Below are positions 40,920-49,640 of a DNA stretch of 58,021 bases, one piece after another; position 1 is the first letter of the stretch, and every line of letters begins with the position of its first letter. The notes below the pieces were generated by a model. The model worked only from the letters and a program-made list of their open reading frames with translations. It searched no databases and had not been told where the DNA came from. The DNA is taken from positions 1 through 58,021 of the forward strand of contig JAZDHF010000017.1 of assembly GCA_043806315.1 (NCBI GenBank). The letters run 5' to 3'. The stretch is from Planctomycetota bacterium. GTDB lineage: Bacteria; Planctomycetota; Phycisphaerae; UBA1845. A program made the position numbers and the translations under genes.

Positions 40920-41627
40920 TCATCGCGTCCAAAGCGCCTTCGCCCGGGCGTAGTCTTCCGGCGTGTCGATCTCCACCGCCCGCAGATTCCCGATCGGGGC
41001 GGCCACGAACACGTGTCGATCCAGAATGTCATTCAGCGCCGACTCAAAGAAGAGGTCCCGTCGCGCACCCTCTTCGTTATAGCGCCGTAGCGACTCGACC
41101 AGGCCCGCACACGCCGATGGATCAAACTTGGCGACTCCGATGAACTCCCCCAGCGCGTCCTGCGGAGGAACATCTTTGCCAATGCGTGTAATCCGCCCGG
41201 CTCGGTCCACTTTGACCTTCACCTCCTCCGCTCCGCAGGGCTTGGTGTCCACCGCGAGCGCCGAGTCCGACCGCCGCAGCAGCAATGAGAGCAGCGGCCG
41301 CTCAAACCAGACATCGCCGTTGAAATAGAGAATCCCCTCGTCCAGATAGTCGCGGGCCAGCCACAAGGAATGCACCGTGTTGGTGGCGGCATAATCCTCA
41401 TTGACGACGAGCCGGCAGCTCACGGCCTCACCGAGAACGGCGCGCTCCACCAACTCCCGCCGGTATCCGACCACGATGACCACGTCGTGAATGCCGTATT
41501 CGAGAATGGATTGGAGGATGTTCCCGAGCAGTGTCCCCTCAGGGCACGGCAGAAGGCACTTGGGCCTGTCCCACCCCGTCGACGCGAGCCGCCGCCCCTG
41601 CCCCGCTGCCAGGATCACCGCTTTCAT
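40920..41627 (-). CDS. Phosphocholine-cytidylyltransferase (LicC)-like NTP transferase
   Basis: ILAAGQGRRL, PKCLL, NEDYAATNTVHSL, NGDV, GEFIGVAKF, VEIDTPEDY. Confidence 0.87.
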   Translation of the reverse strand: MKAVILAAGQGRRLASTGWDRPKCLLPCPEGTLLGNILQSILEYGIHDVVIVVGYRRELVERAVLGEAVSCRLVVNEDYAATNTVHSLWLARDYLDEGILYFNGDVWFERPLLSLLLRRSDSALAVDTKPCGAEEVKVKVDRAGRITRIGKDVPPQDALGEFIGVAKFDPSACAGLVESLRRYNEEGARRDLFFESALNDILDRHVFVAAPIGNLRAVEIDTPEDYARAKALWTR

Positions 41628-41635
41628 GGACCGGA

Positions 41636-42619
41636 CTAGATCGACGCGATCAGGCCCGCGATCTCCCTCCGCAGGTCGCAGCGCCGGCCGCGCAAAATCG
41701 CGTTCACCATATGAAAAAGGGGAATCGAAACGTCCAACGCCCAGAGGGTCTCGATGGTCTGCGACATGGCCACTCCCTCCACGGTCATTCGCACTTCGTC
41801 CAGCGCTTGGGGCAACGTCCTCCCCTTGGCCAGCAACGTCCCCAACTGCCGATTGCGACTGTCCGGGCTGATGCAGGTGGTAATCAAATCGGCGGCCCCG
41901 GAGATGCCGAAGGCCACGCTCTCCGGAATCCCAAAAAACGACGCCACCGCGGCGAGCTCCTTCAGTCCCTCGGTCATGAGCACGCCCTGGACGTTGGCCC
42001 CCAACTCGAGTCCTTCCGCCAGACCCGCCGCGATCGCCACGATCCCCTTCAAGGCCGCACAGATCTCGTGGTGCTGCGGATTGCGGCTCACCTCGAACGA
42101 GATCACGTCGTTGCGCAGCGTATCCTTGACCAGGGCGAGGTGCATCAGGTCCTCGCAGGCGAGGATGGCTTTGGTCGGCTTTCCCTGTGCCACCTCATTG
42201 GCAATGGTCGGGCCGGTGAGCACCACCACCGAAGCGCCGGGGATTTCGCTGCGGATGACCTCGCTCATGGTCCGTTGCTGTTCGGCGTCGAAGCCCTTCG
42301 ACACACTGAGGACCAACGGACGGACCGCGTGCTGCCCAAGTTCTTTCGCCACGGTCCGCACCTGCCCCGACGGCACGGCGAGAACCAACAGCGTCCGGTT
42401 GGGATCGAAGTCGGTCGCGTACTTTTCCTCGACGATCATGGACACCGGAATCGGGCGTGGGTCGATCGGCGACGGGCCGCTTCGGTTTTCGTTGAGCTGC
42501 TTGGCCGTCGCGGCGTCGATCGTCCACACCCGCGTCGGACGGTTCTTCGAAAAAAGCGACGCCAGCGTCAGCCCCCAGTTCCCCGACCCGATGACGATGA
42601 TCGCCTCGATCGAACGCAT
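41636..42619 (-). CDS. gpsA: NAD(P)H-dependent glycerol-3-phosphate dehydrogenase
   Basis: IGSGNWG, AVPS, SKG, GPTIANEV, ALKGIVAIAAG, DLITTC..SRNR, VEG. Confidence 0.85.
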   Translation of the reverse strand: MRSIEAIIVIGSGNWGLTLASLFSKNRPTRVWTIDAATAKQLNENRSGPSPIDPRPIPVSMIVEEKYATDFDPNRTLLVLAVPSGQVRTVAKELGQHAVRPLVLSVSKGFDAEQQRTMSEVIRSEIPGASVVVLTGPTIANEVAQGKPTKAILACEDLMHLALVKDTLRNDVISFEVSRNPQHHEICAALKGIVAIAAGLAEGLELGANVQGVLMTEGLKELAAVASFFGIPESVAFGISGAADLITTCISPDSRNRQLGTLLAKGRTLPQALDEVRMTVEGVAMSQTIETLWALDVSIPLFHMVNAILRGRRCDLRREIAGLIASI

Positions 42620-42672
42620 CCGCGCATCGTACGCTTGATATTGCGCGCCCGCAAGTTTGCCCGACGGCGCAT

Positions 42673-42748
42673 GATCCGAACCCGGAGCGCAAGCGACGGG
42701 CCAACGGCCCAAGCGAACGGGCCCCGCGCTCGCGCTTGGGGTTCTGAT
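42673..42748. repeat. REP-like inverted repeat (family shared with 12793)
   Basis: GATCCGAACCCGGAGCGCAAGCGACGGGCC...GCCCCGCGCTCGCGCTTGGGGTTCTGAT. Confidence 0.7.
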
Positions 42749-42971
42749 GAACGCGCCTTGACTCCGCCCAACGAACCGTGAACCCGCTTGCCACTCGCGC
42801 AACGGTTCACGCCGCTGGTACACACCGAGTTGCTCCTTACGGCGGCCAGTGGTCGCGTCCGTTTTCACCCGGGAGGCGCCAGCCCACGGACACGCGCGTC
42901 CCCACGAGGTAACGCATCCTGGAGTGTCGCCGGGCTCGCGCCCGGTGCTCTGACCCAGCGCTCTGAGGCCA

Positions 42972-43014
42972 CGCGCAGAAAAAGGGCCTGGTGAGCAATC
43001 GCCCACCGGGCCCC
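42972..43014 (-). terminator. Intrinsic terminator, copy 1
   Basis: Minus strand GGGCCCGGTGGGC..GCTCACCAGGCCC-TTTTT. Confidence 0.7.
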
Positions 43015-43053
43015 GTCGGATCTCACGTTGTCGGGTCGATGCCCCGACGTAGG

Positions 43054-43320
43054 CTACTGGCCTTTCTCTCGTCCGTCGCCCGTTTGCATCGGTTGCCCGT
43101 TCAGGTCCTCGACGCGGACGATGTGCAGCAATGTGCAATAAATCACTCGGTCGGCAATACGCACTCCTTCCCTTTCCGATAGGCCGATCTCGACCGTGGA
43201 ACGGGTCAAAAACGCCATCTCCGGGTGCCGAATGTCATAGGCGGTCCCGTCGCTGAAATACAAGCGAACCGGAACGAACGGGCGCCGGTCTAGAAGCTGT
43301 CTCAACTCTTCTGCACGCAT
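43054..43320 (-). CDS. Small hypothetical protein (planctomycete-type RPFxPxR..DG..Y..RHPE family)
   Basis: MRAEELRQLLDRRPFVPVRLYFSDGTAYDIRHPE...LLHIVRVE. Confidence 0.75.
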   Translation of the reverse strand: MRAEELRQLLDRRPFVPVRLYFSDGTAYDIRHPEMAFLTRSTVEIGLSEREGVRIADRVIYCTLLHIVRVEDLNGQPMQTGDGREKGQ

Positions 43321-43388
43321 GACAACAAGAATGATACCTGTCCTATGGGAAGTCATCAACTCGCGATCTGACGCCTCCCCCCAAAAGC

Positions 43389-43432
43389 CGCGCAGCAAAA
43401 GGGCCCGGTGAGCATCGCGCCCGCCGGGCCCC
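43389..43432 (-). terminator. Intrinsic terminator, copy 2
   Basis: Minus strand GGGCCCGGCGGGC..GCTCACCGGGCCC-TTTT; near-duplicate of 42972-43014. Confidence 0.7.
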
Positions 43433-43437
43433 AGCCG

Positions 43438-44058
43438 TTAACGCAATCGCACGCCGTCAGAGCCGTGGACGGAACTTGTCCCGGCGCGCTGAGAGACAGT
43501 CGCTCCCACAAGAGCAATGCGTTTTTCAACGGGCGGTTGGCTTTCCCCGCTGACGAGTTTCCGGGTGTTGCTTTCGAGCTTCTTCACGTCGCCGGAGCCC
43601 AAAGCGACGTCCACGACGACGCCCGCGCGATCGATCCACAAGGCCGTGGGAATGATCCCGTCCGGGACGCCGTACTGCTCGATGGTTTTCCCGCCATCGA
43701 GGAGTACCCGTTGGTTGAGCTTGTTTCGCTCGACGTACTGCTTGAGGATTTCCTTGTCCTCGTCCCAGGCGTTGACGGCCAGGACCACCAATCCGTCCTT
43801 CTTGTACTGCTCGGCGATGCGACTGACGTGCGGAGCCTCCGCACGGCAGGGAGCTCAGCCATCGGCGAAGAAGGCCACCAGAACGGGTTTGCCGCGTTGA
43901 TCGCTGAGGCGGACCTTCGCCCCATCGAGGGCGGTTAACCGAAAGTCCGGCGCGGGCTTGTCCTTCACCTGGGCGACGAACCGACGTTCGGCCGCCCCCG
44001 CGCACCCGGCCAGACCCAGGACGGTCAAAACCGCCGCGGCATACCAAACTCCTCGCAT
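43438..44058 (-). CDS. Putative selenoprotein: TlpA/ResA/peroxiredoxin-like thioredoxin-fold lipoprotein with UxxC
   Basis: ORFs 43855-44058 and 43438-43791 share one frame, separated only by TGA at 43855-43857: LAGC lipobox...APDFRLTALDG...VLVAFFADG-U-APCRAEAP...GIIPTALWIDRAG. Confidence 0.85.
43823..43849 (-). promoter_or_regulatory. Bacterial SECIS-like hairpin
   Basis: Minus strand CTG-C-CGTGCGGA-GGC-TCCGCACG-T-CAG beginning 5 nt after the UGA; G-initiated apical loop 17 nt from the UGA. Confidence 0.7.
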
Positions 44059-44384
44059 CGAAGAAGTCCCCTTCGGCCGTTCGGCGGCGCTAACCCGAAT
44101 TATTCATACCGCTCCGATTGAGCGTGGTTGAGGCTTGGCGTGCATCGGGCGTGAGGCGTTGTGCACAAGGGGAACGCGATAGGCGCAAACCCCCCCCCTT
44201 ATTCGCACTGACATCCGATAACACGAAAAGACGCCGAAAAGCACCCATTTGCCAGGAACCAGCCAGGAAGTGAACGTGGGTAGACGCGCGGGGGAAATCG
44301 CCCCCGTCCCATGTCTCCGACAGGCGGCCCTCACGCAGCCGGTGGCGAGAACTCGCGCACGAAAGTGTAGAATGTCGTGGCGGA

Positions 44385-44782
44385 TATCCGCAGCGCCACG
44401 ACTGGGCCGGGTTGCGAACCTTCGTGTGCGTGGAGAGCCAGCGAACGATCGACGGCCAAACCTCGACTGATCGCCGGTACTCCATCAGCGACCTGAGCGG
44501 CGTGGACGCCCGGACCATGCTGGAATACGTTCGCGGACACTGGGGCATCGAAAATCAACTCCACTGGTCGCTGGACGTGACCTTCCGGGAGGACACCCTC
44601 CGCAACCGCGTCGGACACTCCGCTGAAAACTTCTCGCGGATTCGCCGCCTGGCCCTGAATCTCCTGCGACGGGATCAGACCTGTAGGGCGGGCCTCAAGG
44701 GAAAACGCCTTCAGGCGTGCCTGAAGGAGGACTACTTACTCAGGATACTCGCCCAGGGGGTGATTTAGATGCGATTGCCCTG
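44385..44782 (+). mobile_element. ISAs1-family transposase remnant (C-terminal) with right terminal IR
   Basis: DWAGL...RYSISDL...VRGHWGIENQLHWSLDVTFRED...RRLALNLL; ends in GATGCGATTGCCCTG (44768-44782). The N-terminal part is missing. Confidence 0.85.
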
Positions 44783-44886
44783 GGCGCCCTGCCGACGGGT
44801 GAGCACGGGGCGTGACAGGCCGCACACAGGCGAATACAACTCACGGGTAGCAAGTCGCCGGTCGCCACCGGCGCGGAGGTTGGCCC

Positions 44887-46149
44887 ATGACGGACGGGAA
44901 GCAGATCGGCTTCCGGAAGCTGACGGCAGCCGGAACTCTCAAAAGACTGCTGGCCGAGCACTTCTATGAGTTGGACCGGGCGGCGAAGGCAGGCGCTCCG
45001 AAAGTAGCTTGGTGTACGAGCGTCGGCCCGGCCGAGTTGCTGCGGGCACTGGGTTTCCTCGTGTATTTCCCCGAGAACCACGGGGCGATGCTCGGCGCCT
45101 CGCGGGTGGCAACGGAAACGATCCCCGCCGCCAACGCCATCGGCTACTCGCCCGAGGTCTGCTCATACATGACCAGCGACATCGGCGCGTTTCTGCAGAA
45201 GCGCACGCCGCTTTCCGACGCCTACAAGGGCATTGAGGGCATTCCCAGGCCCGACGTGCTGGTCTACAACACGAACCAATGCCGGGAGGTTCAGGATTGG
45301 CTTGCTTGGTACGGTCGGCATTGGGACAGGCCCGTGCTCGGCATCGAGTGCTACCGCGGGGTCGGCAATGTGACCGACGTGCACGTGGCGGGCATCGCGG
45401 GCCAGCTCCGGGCGCTGGTACCCCCGCTGGAGAAGATCGCCGGCCGGAAGCTTGACCCGGCGCAGTTGCGCGAGGCGGTGCGGCTCTCGCGAGAATGCTC
45501 CGACCTGTGGAAAGAGGTGCTGGAGACGGCGGCGGCGAGGCCTTCCCCGCTGACTTTCTTCGACAGCACTGTACACATGGCCCCGGCCGTGGTCATGCGC
45601 GGCACCCAGGCGGCCGTCGACTATTACCGGGAACTGCTGCCGGAGCTGAAGCAGCGGATCTCCGACGGCGTGGCGGCGGTCGAAGGCGAGCGTTTCCGGC
45701 TCTATTGGGAAGGCATGCCGATCTGGGGTCGCTTGCGGGATCTGGCCACCATGCTGCTCGAACTGCGCACCTGCGTCGTGGCCAGCACCTACGCGAACTC
45801 CTGGATCTTTGCCGCCCTTGACCCGGACGACCCCTTCGACTCCATGGCCCGGGCGTACACCGAGTTGTTCATCGTGCGGTCCGACCCCTATAAGGAGGAG
45901 TATCTCGCGGAGATGATCGATCGGTTTGCCGTGGACGGCATCGTGTTCCACGATTCCAAGACGTGCCCCAACAACACGAACTGCCGGCACGGCATGCCGC
46001 AACGAATCTTCGAGCATCTGAGCGTGCCCTCGATCACCGTGGCCGGCGACCTGAACGATCTGCGTTGCTACTCGGATGAGCAGGCGCGCACGCAAATTGA
46101 GGCCTTTGTCGAGCAGCTCGGGGAAGCGACGTCGCCGCGCCGGCCTTAG
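44887..46149 (+). CDS. 2-hydroxyacyl-CoA dehydratase subunit (HgdAB/FldBC/BcrBC family)
   Basis: PAELLRALG..YFPENHGA, GYSPEVCSY, NQC, LYWEGMPIW, VDGIVFHDSKTC, IEAFVE. Confidence 0.9.
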   Translation: MTDGKQIGFRKLTAAGTLKRLLAEHFYELDRAAKAGAPKVAWCTSVGPAELLRALGFLVYFPENHGAMLGASRVATETIPAANAIGYSPEVCSYMTSDIGAFLQKRTPLSDAYKGIEGIPRPDVLVYNTNQCREVQDWLAWYGRHWDRPVLGIECYRGVGNVTDVHVAGIAGQLRALVPPLEKIAGRKLDPAQLREAVRLSRECSDLWKEVLETAAARPSPLTFFDSTVHMAPAVVMRGTQAAVDYYRELLPELKQRISDGVAAVEGERFRLYWEGMPIWGRLRDLATMLLELRTCVVASTYANSWIFAALDPDDPFDSMARAYTELFIVRSDPYKEEYLAEMIDRFAVDGIVFHDSKTCPNNTNCRHGMPQRIFEHLSVPSITVAGDLNDLRCYSDEQARTQIEAFVEQLGEATSPRRP

Positions 46150-46329
46150 AGCGTGTGTGCGTCGGGTGGCACTGGCAGCTTGCTGCCGGCGGGATGCGTC
46201 CCACAGCGGACAACGCGGGCGGACAACCCGCCCGTGGCATTCAGCACGTCAGGTTGTGGAGCTACTCAGCTATGCTGTTCGCGGAGGGGGCAGCTTGATG
46301 GCAGGAGCAGTCCGGCAGAGGATCGGGAA

Positions 46330-47103
46330 ATGACGCAGCGTTGGTCAGTGGGTGTCGACGTCGGCGCCTCGGCCACGAAAGCGGTGTTGCTGAACGCCGA
46401 GGGGCGGGTATGCGCCCGGGCGGTGCGGAAGTCCGGAGCGGACTTCGCCGCGGCTGCCGATGCCTGCCTCGCGGAAGTCCTGGCGGCCGCCGGCATCGAC
46501 GCGGCAGTGATCGGTCGTGCGCTGGCTACCGGTTACGGCCGGCGCAACGTGCGCTTCGCGCACGCCATCGCGACCGAAATCACCTGCCACGCCCACGGCT
46601 GCCACGCGAACCTGCCGAAGGCCATGACGATTGTTGACATCGGCGGCCAGGACAACAAGGTCATAGTGATCGACGACAGCGGCGCGCGCCGCCATTTCAA
46701 GATGAATCGCAAGTGCGCCGCGGGTACGGGAGCTTTTCTGGAGGAGATCGCGGCTCACCTGGACATCCCGTTGGCGACGCTGAACCCGTTGGCCAGGCAG
46801 GCGACCGGCACCCTCCAATTAGGCTCGTTCTGCACGGTCTTCGCCAAGACGGAACTCCTGAAGCTGCTCGCCCAGGGCGCGCCGCTGCCTGAGATCGTCA
46901 AGGCCGCCTTCCGTTCTGTGGTGAAGCGCATTCTGGAAATGGACCCGTTGAGCGGGCAGGTTGTGATGACCGGCGGCGTCGTGGCCCACAATCCGGTCAT
47001 CGTGGAATTGCTTTCTGAGGCACTGGGTCGGGCGGTGCTTGTCCCGGACCATCCCCAATACACCGGCGCACTGGGGGCGGCCCTGCTCGCCGCAGACGCC
47101 TAA
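46330..47103 (+). CDS. Acyl-CoA dehydratase activase (HgdC/BadFG family ASKHA ATPase)
   Basis: GVDVGASATK, TGYGR, EITCHA, DIGGQDNK, MNRKCAAGTGAFLE, CTVFA, TGGVAHN, GALGAAL. Confidence 0.93.
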   Translation: MTQRWSVGVDVGASATKAVLLNAEGRVCARAVRKSGADFAAAADACLAEVLAAAGIDAAVIGRALATGYGRRNVRFAHAIATEITCHAHGCHANLPKAMTIVDIGGQDNKVIVIDDSGARRHFKMNRKCAAGTGAFLEEIAAHLDIPLATLNPLARQATGTLQLGSFCTVFAKTELLKLLAQGAPLPEIVKAAFRSVVKRILEMDPLSGQVVMTGGVVAHNPVIVELLSEALGRAVLVPDHPQYTGALGAALLAADA

Positions 47104-47163
47104 TTCCCGCGGCCGCGAAGATGCCCCTTGGCGCGCGGCGGTGGAACCGCTGGAGACTGGATC

Positions 47164-49245
47164 ATGACGCTCGAGGCCTTGTTCTCACCCCGTGCCGTAG
47201 CGGTCATCGGCGCTTCCAACCGGGAGCTGACGATCGGCTACCGCATCATCCAGAACCTGCTGGATTTCGGCTATCGCGGGTCGATCTACCCGATCAACCC
47301 GAAAGGCGGCGAAATCCGCGGGCTACCGGCCTATACCTCCATCCTCGACGCGCCCGAGCCCGTGGACGTCGCGCACCTCGTCATCAAGAACACGCTCGTC
47401 CCGGCCTGTGTCGAGGACTGCGCCCGCAAGGGGGTGCGGGCAGTGATCGTCAATACGGCCGGCTTTCGCGAGATCGGGCCGGAAGGCGCCCGGCTCGAGG
47501 ACGAACTGGCCGGCGTCGCCATGAGGACAGGCATCCGAGTGTTCGGCCCCAATTGCCAGGGCATCATCAACACCGACCCGGCTGTGCGCGCCTACTGTAA
47601 CTTCACCTTCACCAGGCCGGTGCCCGGGCACGTCTCCATCGTTGCCCAGAGCGGCGGCGTGGGTGAGGTGATTCATCAGCGCATCACCGAACTGGGCGTC
47701 GGCGTCCGCCAGTACGCCAGCAACGGCAACGCCTGCGACGTGTCCATCCCGGAGATTATTCAGCACTATGGTCAGGACGCCGAGACGACGGTCATCGTCG
47801 TGCACATTGAGAGCCTGGCGGACCCCCATGCCTTCCTGGAGGTGACCCGCGACGTCGCCCGCCGCAAGCCGATCCTGGCCATGAGTGTCGGCCGCACGGC
47901 CGAGGGCGCCAAAGCCGTCTCGTCGCACACCGGCAAGATGATGAAGCTGCATCGGGCCGTCGATCTGGTATTCGAGAAGGCCGGCGTCGTCGCGTTGCAC
48001 AACATCGAGGATCTCTGTCAGTCGGCCATCGGCTTCGCTGCGCAACCTGTGCCGAGAGGTAACCGCGTGGGGATGATCACCAACACGGGCGGGCCGGCCA
48101 TCATCGCCACCGACGAGTTGATTGAGGGCGGGATGGTCATGCCGCCCCTGGCGAAGCAGACCGAGACGATCCTGCGTGACAAGCTTCATCCTGAAGCATC
48201 CATAAGCAACCCGGTGGACGTGCTGGCGACCGCCGGCCCTGAGCACTTCGCGGCCGCCATCGACGCCATGCTACAAGACGACGGCATCGATGCGATCTAT
48301 CTGAACTTCATCACGCCGTTCTTTGCGGACACCTTGGGCATCGCGCGAGAGATTGCCGCCGCTAACGGCCGCTCCGCCAAGACGATCGTCGCCACCGTGA
48401 TGACGCAGAAGCAGATCTGGGCCGAGACCTTGCAACTCATCCGTGTCGCCGGCGTACCGACCTACGATATGCCTGAAACCGGCGCTCGCGTCCTGGCGGC
48501 GATGGGACGCTATGCGACGTTCCGGCAGCGACCCCGGCCGCGTCCCCTTTCATTCCCCAACGTAGCCACCGACATGGCCCGCGCCCTGCTGAAGTCGGCC
48601 CGGCAAGCCGGCCGAAAGTCGCTGAGCGCCGGCGATGGCTTCGAGCTCCTGACCTGTTACGGGATTCCCGTGGCGCGCTACGCTTGGGCCGGCAGCGTTG
48701 ACGAATGCGTCGCCTGCGGTGACGAGCTCGGCTACCCAGTGGTGCTCAAGGTCGATGCAGAGTCCTTAGTCCATAAGACGGACGCCGGGGCCGTGGTCCT
48801 GGACATCCGCGACCGCGAGGCGTTGCACGCCCGGGCGAAAGACCTTGCCGCCCGTTTCGCCGAAACCTCGCCCCGGTTCCTCGTGCAGGAACAACTGCGC
48901 GGAGGCCGGGAGGTCATCGTCGGCGCCCAGGCGGTGGCTGGCTTGGGACATGTAGTCATGTTCGGTCTGGGCGGCATCTTCGTCGAAGTGCTGAAGGACG
49001 TGAGCTTCCAGCTCACCTCGGTGAGCGGACCGGAAGCGCGCGAGATGATCGAGTCGGTCCGGGCACACGCGTTGCTCGCGGGTGTGCGCGGTCAGCCGGG
49101 CGTCGATGTGCGGGCCCTGGCGGAGATCATCCAGCGCGTCTCACACATGCTGACTGACAACCCCGATATCCAGGAACTGGACATCAATCCGGTCTTCGCC
49201 CTGGCGCGCGGCGCGGTAGCGGCCGACGTGCGGGTGACGCTCTGA
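47164..49245 (+). CDS. ADP-forming acetate/acyl-CoA ligase (fused alpha-beta)
   Basis: PRAVAVIGAS, FGPNCQG, QSGG, SSHTG (phospho-His), NPVD, C-terminal ATP-grasp (YPVVLK, HKTDAGAV, ELDINP). Confidence 0.92.
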   Translation: MTLEALFSPRAVAVIGASNRELTIGYRIIQNLLDFGYRGSIYPINPKGGEIRGLPAYTSILDAPEPVDVAHLVIKNTLVPACVEDCARKGVRAVIVNTAGFREIGPEGARLEDELAGVAMRTGIRVFGPNCQGIINTDPAVRAYCNFTFTRPVPGHVSIVAQSGGVGEVIHQRITELGVGVRQYASNGNACDVSIPEIIQHYGQDAETTVIVVHIESLADPHAFLEVTRDVARRKPILAMSVGRTAEGAKAVSSHTGKMMKLHRAVDLVFEKAGVVALHNIEDLCQSAIGFAAQPVPRGNRVGMITNTGGPAIIATDELIEGGMVMPPLAKQTETILRDKLHPEASISNPVDVLATAGPEHFAAAIDAMLQDDGIDAIYLNFITPFFADTLGIAREIAAANGRSAKTIVATVMTQKQIWAETLQLIRVAGVPTYDMPETGARVLAAMGRYATFRQRPRPRPLSFPNVATDMARALLKSARQAGRKSLSAGDGFELLTCYGIPVARYAWAGSVDECVACGDELGYPVVLKVDAESLVHKTDAGAVVLDIRDREALHARAKDLAARFAETSPRFLVQEQLRGGREVIVGAQAVAGLGHVVMFGLGGIFVEVLKDVSFQLTSVSGPEAREMIESVRAHALLAGVRGQPGVDVRALAEIIQRVSHMLTDNPDIQELDINPVFALARGAVAADVRVTL

Positions 49246-49259
49246 ACAATGCCCGTGTC

Positions 49260-49585
49260 CGTCCCACGCTACACGAGTTTGTCGTGGCCGGGTCTTCACG
49301 CGGAAGGAGAATACCACTGCTCAAGAGCAGTGGCACACATCGTCAATGGCACTCCGGCCGCCGTTTCCCGTTTGATGCGTTCCGCGAGGCCTTGCCGTCG
49401 ATGACTCGTGCGCCGGTCATGGTCCCTGCATACCGCGCCGAATCAGCGGACGCCAGCTTGGGGGTGTGCCACTGCTCTTGAGCAGTGGACAACACACGAA
49501 TGGTTCGTCCCACGCCACACGAGTTTTTCGCGGCCGGGTCTTCACGCGGAGGGAGAATACCACTGCTCAAGAGCAGTGGCACACA
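49260..49585. repeat. About 80-bp direct repeat carrying REP-like CCACTGCTCAAGAGCAGTGGCACAC palindromes
   Basis: 49260-49339 and 49506-49585 are near-identical; inverted arm GTGTGCCACTGCTCTTGAGCAGTGG at 49464-49488. Confidence 0.8.
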
Positions 49586-49640
49586 ACCACGCATCCACAT
49601 TCACAGGACAACAGTGCCACCCGGCCCATTCCCACGGGCG

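Noticed and set aside
42620-43138. Long N-terminal extension of GpsA
   Set aside because: It runs through REP and terminator sequence and overlaps another gene; the Rossmann motif begins right after 42619.
43438-44058. Pseudogene interpretation of the split redoxin
   Set aside because: The single TGA falls exactly at the catalytic position with a downstream hairpin and no other lesions; Sec recoding is more parsimonious, pending a check for sel genes.
44100-44300. Additional IS end or MITE upstream of the ISAs1 remnant
   Set aside because: Some IS-end-like words are present, but no matching inverted repeat or target duplication could be confirmed.
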